Source: Anaerolineae bacterium (GTDB lineage: Bacteria; Chloroflexota; Anaerolineae; Aggregatilineales; Phototrophicaceae). Taken from it: DNA of 23,685 nt. Under the pieces are notes generated by a model that was not told the DNA's origin, did not search any database, and was given only the letters and a program-made list of their open reading frames with translations. The stretch covers positions 1 through 23,685 of the forward strand of contig DAOTWP010000327.1 of assembly GCA_034435675.1 (NCBI GenBank). The letters are read 5' to 3'. A program made the translations under genes and the position numbers. Numbering within the stretch: the first letter of the stretch is position 1; each line of letters opens with the position of its first letter. Below, piece by piece: positions 11,771 to 20,572 of this stretch.

Positions 11771-12121
11771 AGGAATCACAAAATCGGCGTTGGTCAGGTA
11801 GTATTCAGATCAAGATGATGGCGCAGCCCCAGCGGGCGAACAGCGGTCAGCATATTGCTTGCCTGCCAACAGGTATCCAGTCGGTGTACAACTTACGGGA
11901 CAGTATAGAGGACATTGTGGCGAATTGCAAACCTGTGCTGACCCGCATCACATAGGTCCAGTCGGGTTTGGGGGCAAAAGCCCTGCTGCGCCAGCAGATC
12001 GAACCGCAGCGACGCGAAAGACACAAAGGCATGGAGGGACGCCTGGAATGATGAACTGACTCAGCCGCAGACCAACCCCACCGGTGATAACTGACCAGCG
12101 TTAAAGCACAAGGATGGTCCG

Positions 12122-12961
12122 TTAGCTTTGCACGTCCTGCATGCGGACATAAATCGTTGACGCGCCGGTCTTTTTAGCGCCTTTAACCTCTACATGCTTC
12201 GGCATCGATTTAATTAGCAGCGACAGACTCTTAAAACCATAGGTACGGCTGTCGAAACTCGGCTCCATACGCTGTAACGCATTTCCCAGTGCGCCAAGAT
12301 GCACCCAACCATCATCATCCTGTACTGCAATATCAAATGCCCTGCGCAGCAGATCCAGCAAAATCTTTTGTGGGTTATCTGGCTTGACCCTGGCGGCTGT
12401 TTTGCCTGTGGCACTGGGCTGAGCCTTAGCAGGAACTTCAACCATGATTTTTGATTTAGCGTCGTCAGCCTTTGCAACCATAGAAGCTGTTGGGGCGTCT
12501 GTCCGGGTGAGATTCTCGACATAAACGAATACATTGCAGGCATTGATAAAGGCTTCGGGTGTTTTTTCCCGCCCAATGCCCATTACAAACAAGCCCGACT
12601 CCCTAATCCTCGTACAAAGCCGGGTGTAGTCACTATCACTTGAAACGACACAAAAACCCTGAACAGTCCCGGAGTAGAGAATATCCATTGCATCTATGAT
12701 TAGCGCACTGTCGGTAGCGTTCTTGCCAGTGGTATAACGCCATTGTTGAATTGGTTGAATGGCATGCGCGAGCATGACAGGTCGCCAGTTCGCTAGATTT
12801 GGCTCGGTCCAATCGCCGTAAGCACGGCGGATTGTAACCTCTCCATAGCGACTGGCTTCTTCAAACATCTGTTTGAGCAGACTATGCTGGGCATTATCGC
12901 CATCAATCAGCATGGCGATGCGCCGTTCAGGGTTAAGAGCGCTCTGATTCGTTCCCGGCAT
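12122..12961 (-). CDS. NYN (LabA-like PIN-fold) domain protein with a C-terminal OST-HTH/LOTUS RNA-binding domain, 279 aa
   Basis: The N-terminal NYN core carries the acidic motifs (AMLIDGDN, NATDSALIIDAMD, VVSSDSDYTRL). The C-terminal ~70 aa (KILLDLLRRAFD...GWVHLGALGNALQRMEPSFDSRTYGFKSLSLLIK) fits OST-HTH. The gene is visibly lower in GC (about 50%) than its flanks. Confidence 0.7.
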   Translation of the reverse strand: MPGTNQSALNPERRIAMLIDGDNAQHSLLKQMFEEASRYGEVTIRRAYGDWTEPNLANWRPVMLAHAIQPIQQWRYTTGKNATDSALIIDAMDILYSGTVQGFCVVSSDSDYTRLCTRIRESGLFVMGIGREKTPEAFINACNVFVYVENLTRTDAPTASMVAKADDAKSKIMVEVPAKAQPSATGKTAARVKPDNPQKILLDLLRRAFDIAVQDDDGWVHLGALGNALQRMEPSFDSRTYGFKSLSLLIKSMPKHVEVKGAKKTGASTIYVRMQDVQS

Positions 12962-13029
12962 TGAAGTTCCTCACTATTACAAGCTGTTCCGGGTGTTTAG
13001 TTGGTCTTTGGGCGCACACCAGCCTGCCG

Positions 13030-13821
13030 CTACTCTGCCGAACGACGCAGGAACTGCCCCAGCGCGCCAAAATACTGGTCAATACCATAAAACAGCAGGT
13101 CATTGTGCCCGGCGCGTGGAATACGCTCGAAAACCCGCTGCGCGCTGGGGGATGCTTCATAAAGCTGCTGCCCATCGGTCAGCGGCAGGAGCATATCGCG
13201 TTCACCATGAATCACCAGCAGCGGCAGATAGATCTCCTGCATCTTGCGCGCGTTCTGGAAGGGCAGCTCCAGCCCTTCCGGCAGCCCCAGCGCCCGCCGC
13301 AAATCCTCAAACCGGGAGAGCGTCTGGGCAAAACCGCTTTCGATCACCAGTCCTTTGAAGGCATTCGGGAACCGATGCGCCAGATGCACGGCGGGCGCGC
13401 TGCCCAGCGAACGCCCCATGACAAACAGCGGCAGTTGGTCCAGCCCTTCTGCCTTGAGGATTACCGGCAGCGCCGGCATCACCGCCTCGGCATCGTCCAG
13501 CAGTGTCGAAAGCAGCGCCGTGCCGCTGCTCCAGCCGTACCCGCGATAATCCACCACCAGCAGCGCCGCCCCCACGCGGAAGAACTCCGGCGCAATCGGG
13601 TCATAATCACTGGCGACTTCCCCGTTACCATGAAAATAGAGTACCACATAGCGCGCCGGCTTTTCCTGCGCCACATACAGCCGATAGCCAAGCATCACAC
13701 CCGCCCCCACCGGAATCGTACCATCGCGGATATTCGGCAGGCGACTGCTGCCGGGCTGCTCTGCGCGTGGAAACAACAGCATGGACAGCAGCGCCGGGTG
13801 GTCGAGAGGATGATCGCTCAT
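13030..13821 (-). CDS. Alpha/beta hydrolase fold protein, 263 aa
   Basis: Nucleophile elbow GRSLGS. An oxyanion-hole region (YFHGNGE). A His near the C-terminus (AGHND). GAGGG SD. Confidence 0.7.
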   Translation of the reverse strand: MSDHPLDHPALLSMLLFPRAEQPGSSRLPNIRDGTIPVGAGVMLGYRLYVAQEKPARYVVLYFHGNGEVASDYDPIAPEFFRVGAALLVVDYRGYGWSSGTALLSTLLDDAEAVMPALPVILKAEGLDQLPLFVMGRSLGSAPAVHLAHRFPNAFKGLVIESGFAQTLSRFEDLRRALGLPEGLELPFQNARKMQEIYLPLLVIHGERDMLLPLTDGQQLYEASPSAQRVFERIPRAGHNDLLFYGIDQYFGALGQFLRRSAE

Positions 13822-13905
13822 TACATTGCCCTCATGATTACTTTCCCTTTTGTAGTATACTTCGCAGGAGCATCGTGAGCCAAAACGTTAGAGGATACGA
13901 ACAAT

Positions 13906-15249
13906 TTGACTGAGCAATCCCCGCAGGCAGAACGCACGACATCATGGCATACTGCCGTGCGCGAGTCCGGCTTCAAAATTCCGATGGAGCGCGAAGAACT
14001 GCGCGATGTGATTGATCTGGCGCTGTGGGCGGGGCAAATGCTGCTGCAAAACGGTGCTGAAACCGCGCGTGTGGAAGAAACCGTCCACCGCATGGGTACA
14101 GGACTGGGCGCGAACTGGATGGATGTACTCGTGTCGCCCAATGCAATTATCGCCTCGACTATCAGCGGCGTGGAATTTCGCACCAAAGTGCGCCGTGTGG
14201 TGCGCATCGGCGTCAACATGGACATCATCACCGAAATTGGCGATCTCAGCCGGCGGGTAATCAGAGACGAAGCAGACCGCTTTACCGTGCGCGCCGAACT
14301 AGAACGCATTGACCGCAAGAAACGCCAGTACAACCGCTGGCTGGTCGTGCTGCTGGTCGGGCTGGCATGCGCCGCCTTTAGCCGCCTGTTTTACGGCGAT
14401 TGGGGTGTGTTCTTCTTCACATGGGTGGCAGCTTCAACCGGCATGTTTGTGCGGCAGGAGCTAACACACCGCAACTTCAACCCGCTGCTGATTACCGTCA
14501 GCACTGCCTTTGTCGCCGGGCTGATCGCCAGTATTCCTGTAGCGCTGAATCTGGGCGCAAATCCCGAAATTGCGCTGGCGGCGTCCGTGCTGCTGCTCGT
14601 GCCCGGCGTACCGCTGGTCACGTCGGCACAGGACCTCATTCAGGGACACATCGTTACCGGGCTGGTGCGCGGCATTTTAGGGCTGTTGATTACGCTGGGG
14701 ATCGCGCTGGGGCTGACCCTGGCGATGCGCATCGCCGGGGTGGACGGCTTTGGCAGCGACCCCACAGCGCCCGTGCAAAGCCTGCTGCTGGTCCTGCTGC
14801 AAGATGCCATCTGGTCGGCGTTTGCCGCTGCCGGGTTTGCCATGCTCTTCAACGTTCCGCGCCGCGCCCTGCTCTACTGCGCGCTGACTGGCGCAGTCGG
14901 GCACACCATGCGCACGCTGGTCATCGTCCAGTTTGGCATGACACTGGAAGCCGCGACGCTGCTGGCGTCCGTCATCGTGGGCTTCTGCGGGCTGATTCTG
15001 GCACGACGGCTCAAAATGCCCACGACAATCTTCAGCATTCCGGCAGCAATCCCAATGGTTCCCGGCAGGCTGGCATATACGACGATGATTGGCATCCTGA
15101 ATCTGTCCGGCGCGCGCCCGGAGGCGAGTCTGGTGCTGCTCACCGAAACGGTGATTGAAGCGATTCGCACGGGAGTTATTCTGGCGGGGCTGGCGCTGGG
15201 GACAATTGCGCCGTTCCTGCTGCTGGATCATCACAAACCGGTGGTCTAG
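13906..15249 (+). CDS. Threonine/serine exporter family protein (fused ThrE N- and C-domains), 447 aa
   Basis: Soluble N-terminus, then about 5 TM helices, a second block of about 4-5 TM helices, and a Gly-rich loop. The architecture is typical of ThrE/YjjP-YjjB fusions. The start is a TTG with GAGGA 8 nt upstream, so the exact start is uncertain. Confidence 0.6.
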   Translation: MTEQSPQAERTTSWHTAVRESGFKIPMEREELRDVIDLALWAGQMLLQNGAETARVEETVHRMGTGLGANWMDVLVSPNAIIASTISGVEFRTKVRRVVRIGVNMDIITEIGDLSRRVIRDEADRFTVRAELERIDRKKRQYNRWLVVLLVGLACAAFSRLFYGDWGVFFFTWVAASTGMFVRQELTHRNFNPLLITVSTAFVAGLIASIPVALNLGANPEIALAASVLLLVPGVPLVTSAQDLIQGHIVTGLVRGILGLLITLGIALGLTLAMRIAGVDGFGSDPTAPVQSLLLVLLQDAIWSAFAAAGFAMLFNVPRRALLYCALTGAVGHTMRTLVIVQFGMTLEAATLLASVIVGFCGLILARRLKMPTTIFSIPAAIPMVPGRLAYTTMIGILNLSGARPEASLVLLTETVIEAIRTGVILAGLALGTIAPFLLLDHHKPVV

Positions 15250-15299
15250 TGCCGCCACACGCAACCGGGCACGGCATTTGTCTGTTCCTGCCGCGTGGG

Positions 15300-15890
15300 T
15301 TACTTGCTGCCAATGCCGCGCAGGAACAGCCTGACCGTCCCCTCAATCACGGCGTCCACGTGAATCGGGTCGTCCACAAGATCCATACCGTGCAGGATGC
15401 TGGCTAAGCCAAAAATTGAGCCGACCACGACCATCGGCGGCAGTTCGGCAGTAATCTCGCCGCACGCCTGCCCTTCCTGCACCAGTTGGTACAAACGCCC
15501 GCCTACACGCTGGCGATAGTCGGCAAGCTCCTGATCGCGCAGCAGTTGCAGCACATGCTGGTCAGGCATACTCGCCAGAATACCGTCGGAAGACGTCTGT
15601 GTTGTCAGCATACTGCGCAGCAGCGACCCCAACCGTTCCAGGGGCGTGCCTTCCGCCGCGAGAATCTGCTCCTCCATTTGCTCCATCGAGCGAATCATCG
15701 CCCGCATGATGAGTTCGTCCTTGCCTTTGAAGTGCTGGTACAGTGTCGGTTTGGAAATGCCCACTTCTTCGGCAATTTCGTCCATACTCACGGCAGCGTA
15801 GCCGCGTTCGCCCAACAGCCGCGAGGCGGCAGTCAGAATCTCCTCCTCACGGCGTTCGCGCGCACGTTCCTTGAATGATCGTCTGGACAT
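15300..15890 (-). CDS. TetR/AcrR family transcriptional regulator, about 196 aa
   Basis: N-terminal HTH (ILTAASRLLGERGYAAVSMDEIAEEVGISKPTLYQHFKGKDEL) is a TetR signature. The start was set at M15 of the track ORF (ATG preceded by GAGGAA). The track frame was used for coordinates, because my own character count in this stretch is off by one relative to the track. Confidence 0.75.
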   Translation of the reverse strand: MSRRSFKERARERREEEILTAASRLLGERGYAAVSMDEIAEEVGISKPTLYQHFKGKDELIMRAMIRSMEQMEEQILAAEGTPLERLGSLLRSMLTTQTSSDGILASMPDQHVLQLLRDQELADYRQRVGGRLYQLVQEGQACGEITAELPPMVVVGSIFGLASILHGMDLVDDPIHVDAVIEGTVRLFLRGIGSK

Positions 15891-16162
15891 TCGTTCCTCA
15901 AGAGCGTAAAAATTCCGCTTTAATCCAATCAAACTGCACTTTTAACTGCTATTTTAAACTATGATGATATTGTTCGCGCTGCTGCCGCATTTTATCCCAG
16001 CGTAGCATAATGCGTGTACATGAGAGTACGCTATTTGCCGCAAAATAGCCAGATAAGGGCTGCCGCAGGCTGCACCCGCCCGGTTCGCCCGCTGTACCAC
16101 AGTTCACAAACCGCCGCACGGGGTGTACAATCCCGCGCTTGTGTGACAGGCAACCCATACGG

Positions 16163-17014
16163 ATGATGATGACCGATACCCGCTGGACAAGTTTTGATCT
16201 GATTTTCTTTGATTGTGACAGCACACTGTCGCAGATTGAAGGCATTGACGAACTGGCACGGCTGAAAGGCAAGGAACAGCGTGTCAGCCTGCTGACCGAC
16301 AAGGCGATGAACGGCGAGCTGGACTTGCAGGAAGTCTACGGCAAACGCCTGCAGGCAATCCGCCCGACACGCGGACAGCTTAAAGCCGTGGAACAACGCT
16401 ATTGGGACACTATCGTCGAAGACGCGCAGGCAGTGCTTGACGCGCTGCGCTTCATCCAGAAGCAGGTCTTCATCATCAGCGGCGGGCTGTCAGAAGCCGT
16501 CAAAGGCTTTGGTATGCGGCTGGGTGTGCCGCCGGAGCGTATCCGCGCGGTGGAACTGGAATACAACCAGCTTTCCGGCGACTGGTGGCGCTATTACGAG
16601 CCGGGCACGCAGCACCGCCAGACCTACCTCGATTATGATGACGGTCCACTGACCGAGTCCAGTGGCAAGGCGCAGATTGTCCGCGAACTGGCAGGGCTGC
16701 TGCCCGGACGCCGCCTGATGGTCGGCGACGGCTCATCGGATCTGGCGGCGCGCGGCGCGGTGGATCTGTTTGTGGGTTACGGCGGCGTCGTGGCGCGGGA
16801 AAAAGTGCGCGCCAACGCCGATGTATTCATCCACTGCGCCTCACTGGCGCCGGTGCTGCCGCTGACGGCGGGCAGACTGGGCTGGGAACGGGTGCGCGGC
16901 ACGCCGCATCAGGCGGTCTTTGACAAAGGGGTACGGCTGGCGTTGGACGAGGATGCCATGACTATCCGCGTGGATGAGCTGCACCGGGCATTTTTCCGCG
17001 CTTTCGAGGTTTAA
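16163..17014 (+). CDS. HAD-IB hydrolase, phosphoserine phosphatase-like (SerB-like), about 283 aa
   Basis: HAD motif I FFDCDSTL (DxDxT), motif II SGG, motif III K (SGKAQIV), motif IV GDGSSD. Three consecutive ATGs (16163-16171) make the exact start ambiguous, and no strong SD is present. Confidence 0.6.
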   Translation: MMMTDTRWTSFDLIFFDCDSTLSQIEGIDELARLKGKEQRVSLLTDKAMNGELDLQEVYGKRLQAIRPTRGQLKAVEQRYWDTIVEDAQAVLDALRFIQKQVFIISGGLSEAVKGFGMRLGVPPERIRAVELEYNQLSGDWWRYYEPGTQHRQTYLDYDDGPLTESSGKAQIVRELAGLLPGRRLMVGDGSSDLAARGAVDLFVGYGGVVAREKVRANADVFIHCASLAPVLPLTAGRLGWERVRGTPHQAVFDKGVRLALDEDAMTIRVDELHRAFFRAFEV

Positions 17015-17123
17015 TCGCTCGGCACAACTACAAAATGAGGCACTGTGGGAGGGCAGAGGATATTGCCCCCTCTCCAGCAGCCAACCTGATTTTATTGGGA
17101 CTACACACGGAGTTCACGTTAAA

Positions 17124-17786
17124 TTGGACACGCTGCAATTCGACGCAATCATCTTTGATATGGACGGGCTGCTGGTTGATACCGAGCGCGTGTGGAAAAT
17201 CGCCGAGTCCGCACTGCTGGCGGCGCGCGGCAAGGAATACAGCCCGGTCAAACACGAAGCGCTGATCGGCAGAGGCATGCGCGAGTTCATTGACGGCATC
17301 AAGAGCAGTTATGCAGTGGACGACAGCGCTGAGGTGCTGACCGCCGAACTGTATGAGCGCCTCTATGCCCTGCTGCCGGGGCGCATTGTCGTTCAGCCCG
17401 GTGCGCCCGAACTGATCGCCCACATCCAGACCCACAACATCCCGCGCGCCATCGCCAGCAGTTCGCCGCTGCACATGATTGATTTTGTGGTCAGTGACCG
17501 CGGTTGGGGCGAATTTTTCGGTGTGCGTGCCAGCGGGGATGAGGTGCCGCGCGGCAAACCTGCGCCCGATGTCTATCTGCTGGCGGCAGAACGGCTGGGC
17601 ATTGACCCGGCGCGCTGCCTGGCGTTGGAAGACAGTCCCAACGGGGCGCGGGCGGCAGTCGGCGCGGGCATGACCTGCTTTGCCGTGCCAGATACCTCCC
17701 ACAGCCAACCGGCACAGTTCGCGGGCATCACCCCGCACGTGCTCGGCAGCCTGCACGCGGTGCTGGACGTGCTGCAAAACGCTTAG
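17124..17786 (+). CDS. HAD-IA hydrolase (beta-phosphoglucomutase / sugar-phosphatase-like), about 220 aa
   Basis: Motif I IIFDMDGLLVDTE, motif II SSS, motif III K (RGKPAPD), motif IV LEDSPNG. The start is tentatively the TTG at 17124 (GGAG 11 nt upstream); the track ORF start at 16974 would overlap the previous gene. Confidence 0.55.
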   Translation: MDTLQFDAIIFDMDGLLVDTERVWKIAESALLAARGKEYSPVKHEALIGRGMREFIDGIKSSYAVDDSAEVLTAELYERLYALLPGRIVVQPGAPELIAHIQTHNIPRAIASSSPLHMIDFVVSDRGWGEFFGVRASGDEVPRGKPAPDVYLLAAERLGIDPARCLALEDSPNGARAAVGAGMTCFAVPDTSHSQPAQFAGITPHVLGSLHAVLDVLQNA

Positions 17787-17803
17787 TACACCGGAAGCGT
17801 GTA

Positions 17804-18847
17804 ATGCCTCTAGATGAGACGCTGCGCAAAGTTGATTATGATCTGCTGCAAGGCAATCGCCAGCGTGCAGTCCAGCGCCTGACCGGGCTGCTCTGGTATC
17901 GTGCCTATCCAGGAAACCTGCAGGTGCGGCGCAGGCTGGGTGACCTGCACTGGCAGGCAGGCAACATGATTGAAGCCGGGCGCTACTGGTACCTGGAAAG
18001 CGCAAAAACGGCGGAGATGCAAGCCGTCTGTGCACGCTTTGAAACTGCCTGCGGACACCGGGCACAGCGCATCCTACAGCGGCTGCGTTTTCAGGGCGAT
18101 TTGCAGGTGCTGCGCCATGAACACCCCGATGCATTCGCCACCCTGAACAGCCTGATGGAACGCACCTGGATGGAATTTGACTACACCGATGCGTATCCAA
18201 TTCCAGCTATTGATCACGCAGAAGCAAGCCAATCGGGTTACACCCACCACATACTGATTCTGGATGAAAATGGGTGGCTGGGCACTGTGCCGCTGGGATT
18301 AACCCGTCGGTGGAATGCGTTTGACTGCACCCTAACGGTTCTCAGCAGCAGCGAACCCCAACTGGCGGCACTTCAGCAGTCAGAGGCGGCAAGAAATTGG
18401 ACCGTCGTTAGCTATGGCGTTGATTTTAACGATTTTGACCAGGTCGCGTCGATACTGCGCACCGCAGTGGCGCAGCGCAATCTGTTCGACTACGCCCTTG
18501 TCGCAGTGCGCTCCCTGTCACTCCCGGTGTTGTATGCCTTATTTGCCGAACTCACCACGGGTTTGGTAGACCGCATTCTGGACAGCAGTGCAGCCGACCC
18601 AAACAACTTAAAGACCATTCATGACGAGCGTAAAATCCTGATGGCGCTGCTGCCACCTTTCCGTTATCGTGAGATCATCATTGGATTTGTCCTTGAACCT
18701 CAAGGGTCGCGCTGGCTGATTGTTGATGAGATTCAAACGGGTGTCAGTCGAATCGCACGCCACTGTAGCAGACCCGGAAACCGAATGATCCTGGGCACAC
18801 TGCGCCCGTGGGAAGCGCGCCCACTGCCCGTCAACAAAGGGACCTGA
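17804..18847 (+). CDS. Uncharacterised protein, 347 aa, embedded in the serB-like/serA operon
   Basis: ATG at 17804 lies 17 nt after the previous stop, and its own stop lies 2 nt before the serA start. I recognise no catalytic motif. The N-terminal ~70 aa are helical (LQGNRQRAVQRLTGLLWYRAYPGNLQVRRRLGDLHWQAGNMIEAGRYWYL). The C-terminal two-thirds is noticeably lower in GC (about 52-55%). Confidence 0.5.
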   Translation: MPLDETLRKVDYDLLQGNRQRAVQRLTGLLWYRAYPGNLQVRRRLGDLHWQAGNMIEAGRYWYLESAKTAEMQAVCARFETACGHRAQRILQRLRFQGDLQVLRHEHPDAFATLNSLMERTWMEFDYTDAYPIPAIDHAEASQSGYTHHILILDENGWLGTVPLGLTRRWNAFDCTLTVLSSSEPQLAALQQSEAARNWTVVSYGVDFNDFDQVASILRTAVAQRNLFDYALVAVRSLSLPVLYALFAELTTGLVDRILDSSAADPNNLKTIHDERKILMALLPPFRYREIIIGFVLEPQGSRWLIVDEIQTGVSRIARHCSRPGNRMILGTLRPWEARPLPVNKGT

Positions 18848-18849
18848 CC

Positions 18850-20445
18850 TTGACCACCTTCACCATTCTTGTTGCGACTGACCTGACCGAAGACAGTCTA
18901 CAGGTGCTGCAATCGCTGGACAGCGTGCGCGTGCAGACCGTCACACCGACCCTGCCCGCGCTGCGCCCGGCACTCAAAACAGCGCACGCACTGATCTGCC
19001 GCGATGAAGTGCCGCTGGACGCTGCCCTGCTCAGTGAAGCGCCACACCTGAAAGTGATCGGGCGGGTGGGCGCGGGCACCGCCGGTATTGATATTGAAGC
19101 AGCAACCAAACAGGGCATCATGGTGATGAACACCCCCGGCACAAGTGCGATTGCCGCCGGCGAACACACCGTCATGCTGATGCTGGCGCTGGCGCGCAAA
19201 GTCGTCAGCGCACATACCAGCCTGAAGGAGGGCTGGTGGCTGCTGGATCGCAAGCGCCAGGCAGGTACACAGCTCTACGGCAAGACGCTCGGCATTATCG
19301 GGCTGGGGCGCGTGGGCAAAATCGTTGCGCAGCGCTGCCTCGCCTTTGGCATGTCTGTGCTGGCATTTGACCCTTACATCAGCGAAGAGCAGGTTGGCGA
19401 CCAGCGCATTCAGTTGGTCGGGCTGCGCACGCTGCTTCAACAGAGCGATTTTGTCAGCCTGCATGTGCCGCCCACGCGCGAAACGGCGAACATGGTCAAC
19501 GCCGACTTCCTCCGGCTGATGCAGCCCGGCGCGCGGCTGATTAACACGGCACAGGGTGTCCTGGTGGACGAGCAGGCGCTGGCAGCAGCGCTCAAAGAGG
19601 GCATGCTGGCGGGTGCAGCGGTGGATGTCTACCGCGAGGAACCGCCCTACAACAGTCCGCTGGTCGGGCTGGACAACGTGATTCACACGCCGCATATTGC
19701 CGAAAACACTGTCGAAGCAGCGCAGGATCTGTCTATCCAGATTGTGCAGCAGGTGCTGGACGCCCTGCGCGATGTGGACTACCGTAATATCATCAACATG
19801 CCCTTTGTGCCCGGCATGGACTTCGACGAAGTGCGCCCCTACCTGCGTCTTTCGGAAAACCTGGGCGCGCTGCTGCACGCGCTGGCACGCCATCCGGTGC
19901 GGCGTGTGGCGGTGGAATATCGCGGTGAGGAAGTCAGCGGCATGGTCAAACCGCTGACCGTGGCAATCCTCAAAGGGCTGTTGGCGCCGGTACTGGGTGA
20001 CCATGTCGGTTACATCAACGCGCCGCTGCTGGCAAATGAACGCGGGGTACAGGTGACGCAGGTCAAAGGGCTGAAAACCGGCGACTACGCCAACCTCGTC
20101 TCCTGCCAGGTGACGCTGGAAGACGGTGAAGAAATCATCATGGCAGGCACGCTGCTGGACCGCAAAGAACCGCACATCGTCCAGATCAACCAGTACCGCA
20201 TGAACTTTGTGCCGGAAGGACATCTGCTGCTGATGGGCAGTTATGACAGACCCGGCGTGATCGGCAGCATCGGCACGCTGCTGGCGAACAACAACGTCAA
20301 CATCGCTAGTTGGTACACCGGTCGCGTCACCCCCGGCGGCAGCACGCTCACTGTGCTGATGCTCGACCAGCCCCTGCCCGACCCGGTAATGGACGAACTG
20401 CTCAAGCTGGACTTTGTGCGTCACGCGCATCAGGTCGCGCTGTAG
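18850..20445 (+). CDS. serA: D-3-phosphoglycerate dehydrogenase, long form with ASB and ACT regulatory domains, 531 aa
   Basis: 2-hydroxyacid dehydrogenase fold with the NAD motif GIIGLGRVG and the catalytic His/Glu region (HTPHIAENT). C-terminal ASB and ACT domains are present (GSYDRPGVIGSIGTLLANNNVNIA). The start is the TTG at 18850 (AAAGGGA SD), giving the canonical N-terminus MTTFTILVATDL. Confidence 0.85.
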   Translation: MTTFTILVATDLTEDSLQVLQSLDSVRVQTVTPTLPALRPALKTAHALICRDEVPLDAALLSEAPHLKVIGRVGAGTAGIDIEAATKQGIMVMNTPGTSAIAAGEHTVMLMLALARKVVSAHTSLKEGWWLLDRKRQAGTQLYGKTLGIIGLGRVGKIVAQRCLAFGMSVLAFDPYISEEQVGDQRIQLVGLRTLLQQSDFVSLHVPPTRETANMVNADFLRLMQPGARLINTAQGVLVDEQALAAALKEGMLAGAAVDVYREEPPYNSPLVGLDNVIHTPHIAENTVEAAQDLSIQIVQQVLDALRDVDYRNIINMPFVPGMDFDEVRPYLRLSENLGALLHALARHPVRRVAVEYRGEEVSGMVKPLTVAILKGLLAPVLGDHVGYINAPLLANERGVQVTQVKGLKTGDYANLVSCQVTLEDGEEIIMAGTLLDRKEPHIVQINQYRMNFVPEGHLLLMGSYDRPGVIGSIGTLLANNNVNIASWYTGRVTPGGSTLTVLMLDQPLPDPVMDELLKLDFVRHAHQVAL

Positions 20446-20572
20446 CCAGCGCTCCGTGTGGCTGCCGCACGACAGCGTGCAGTGTTGATCTATTCGCATC
20501 CGCCGCCTACAATCAGCGCGCGCTGCCAGCCAGCACGGTGGCGCAGCACCGATAACCAGAGGGTTAGCTCCT

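Noticed and set aside
11670-11800. T-box riboswitch leader for hisS
   Set aside because: The terminator is correctly placed, but I could not find the conserved T-box 14-mer (AGGGUGGNACCGCG) or a specifier-loop context. Only a weak CGCGGT fragment is present.
12961-13878. 305-aa plus-strand ORF antisense to the alpha/beta hydrolase
   Set aside because: Arg/Gln/His-rich. The minus strand carries GRSLGS hydrolase motifs and an SD.
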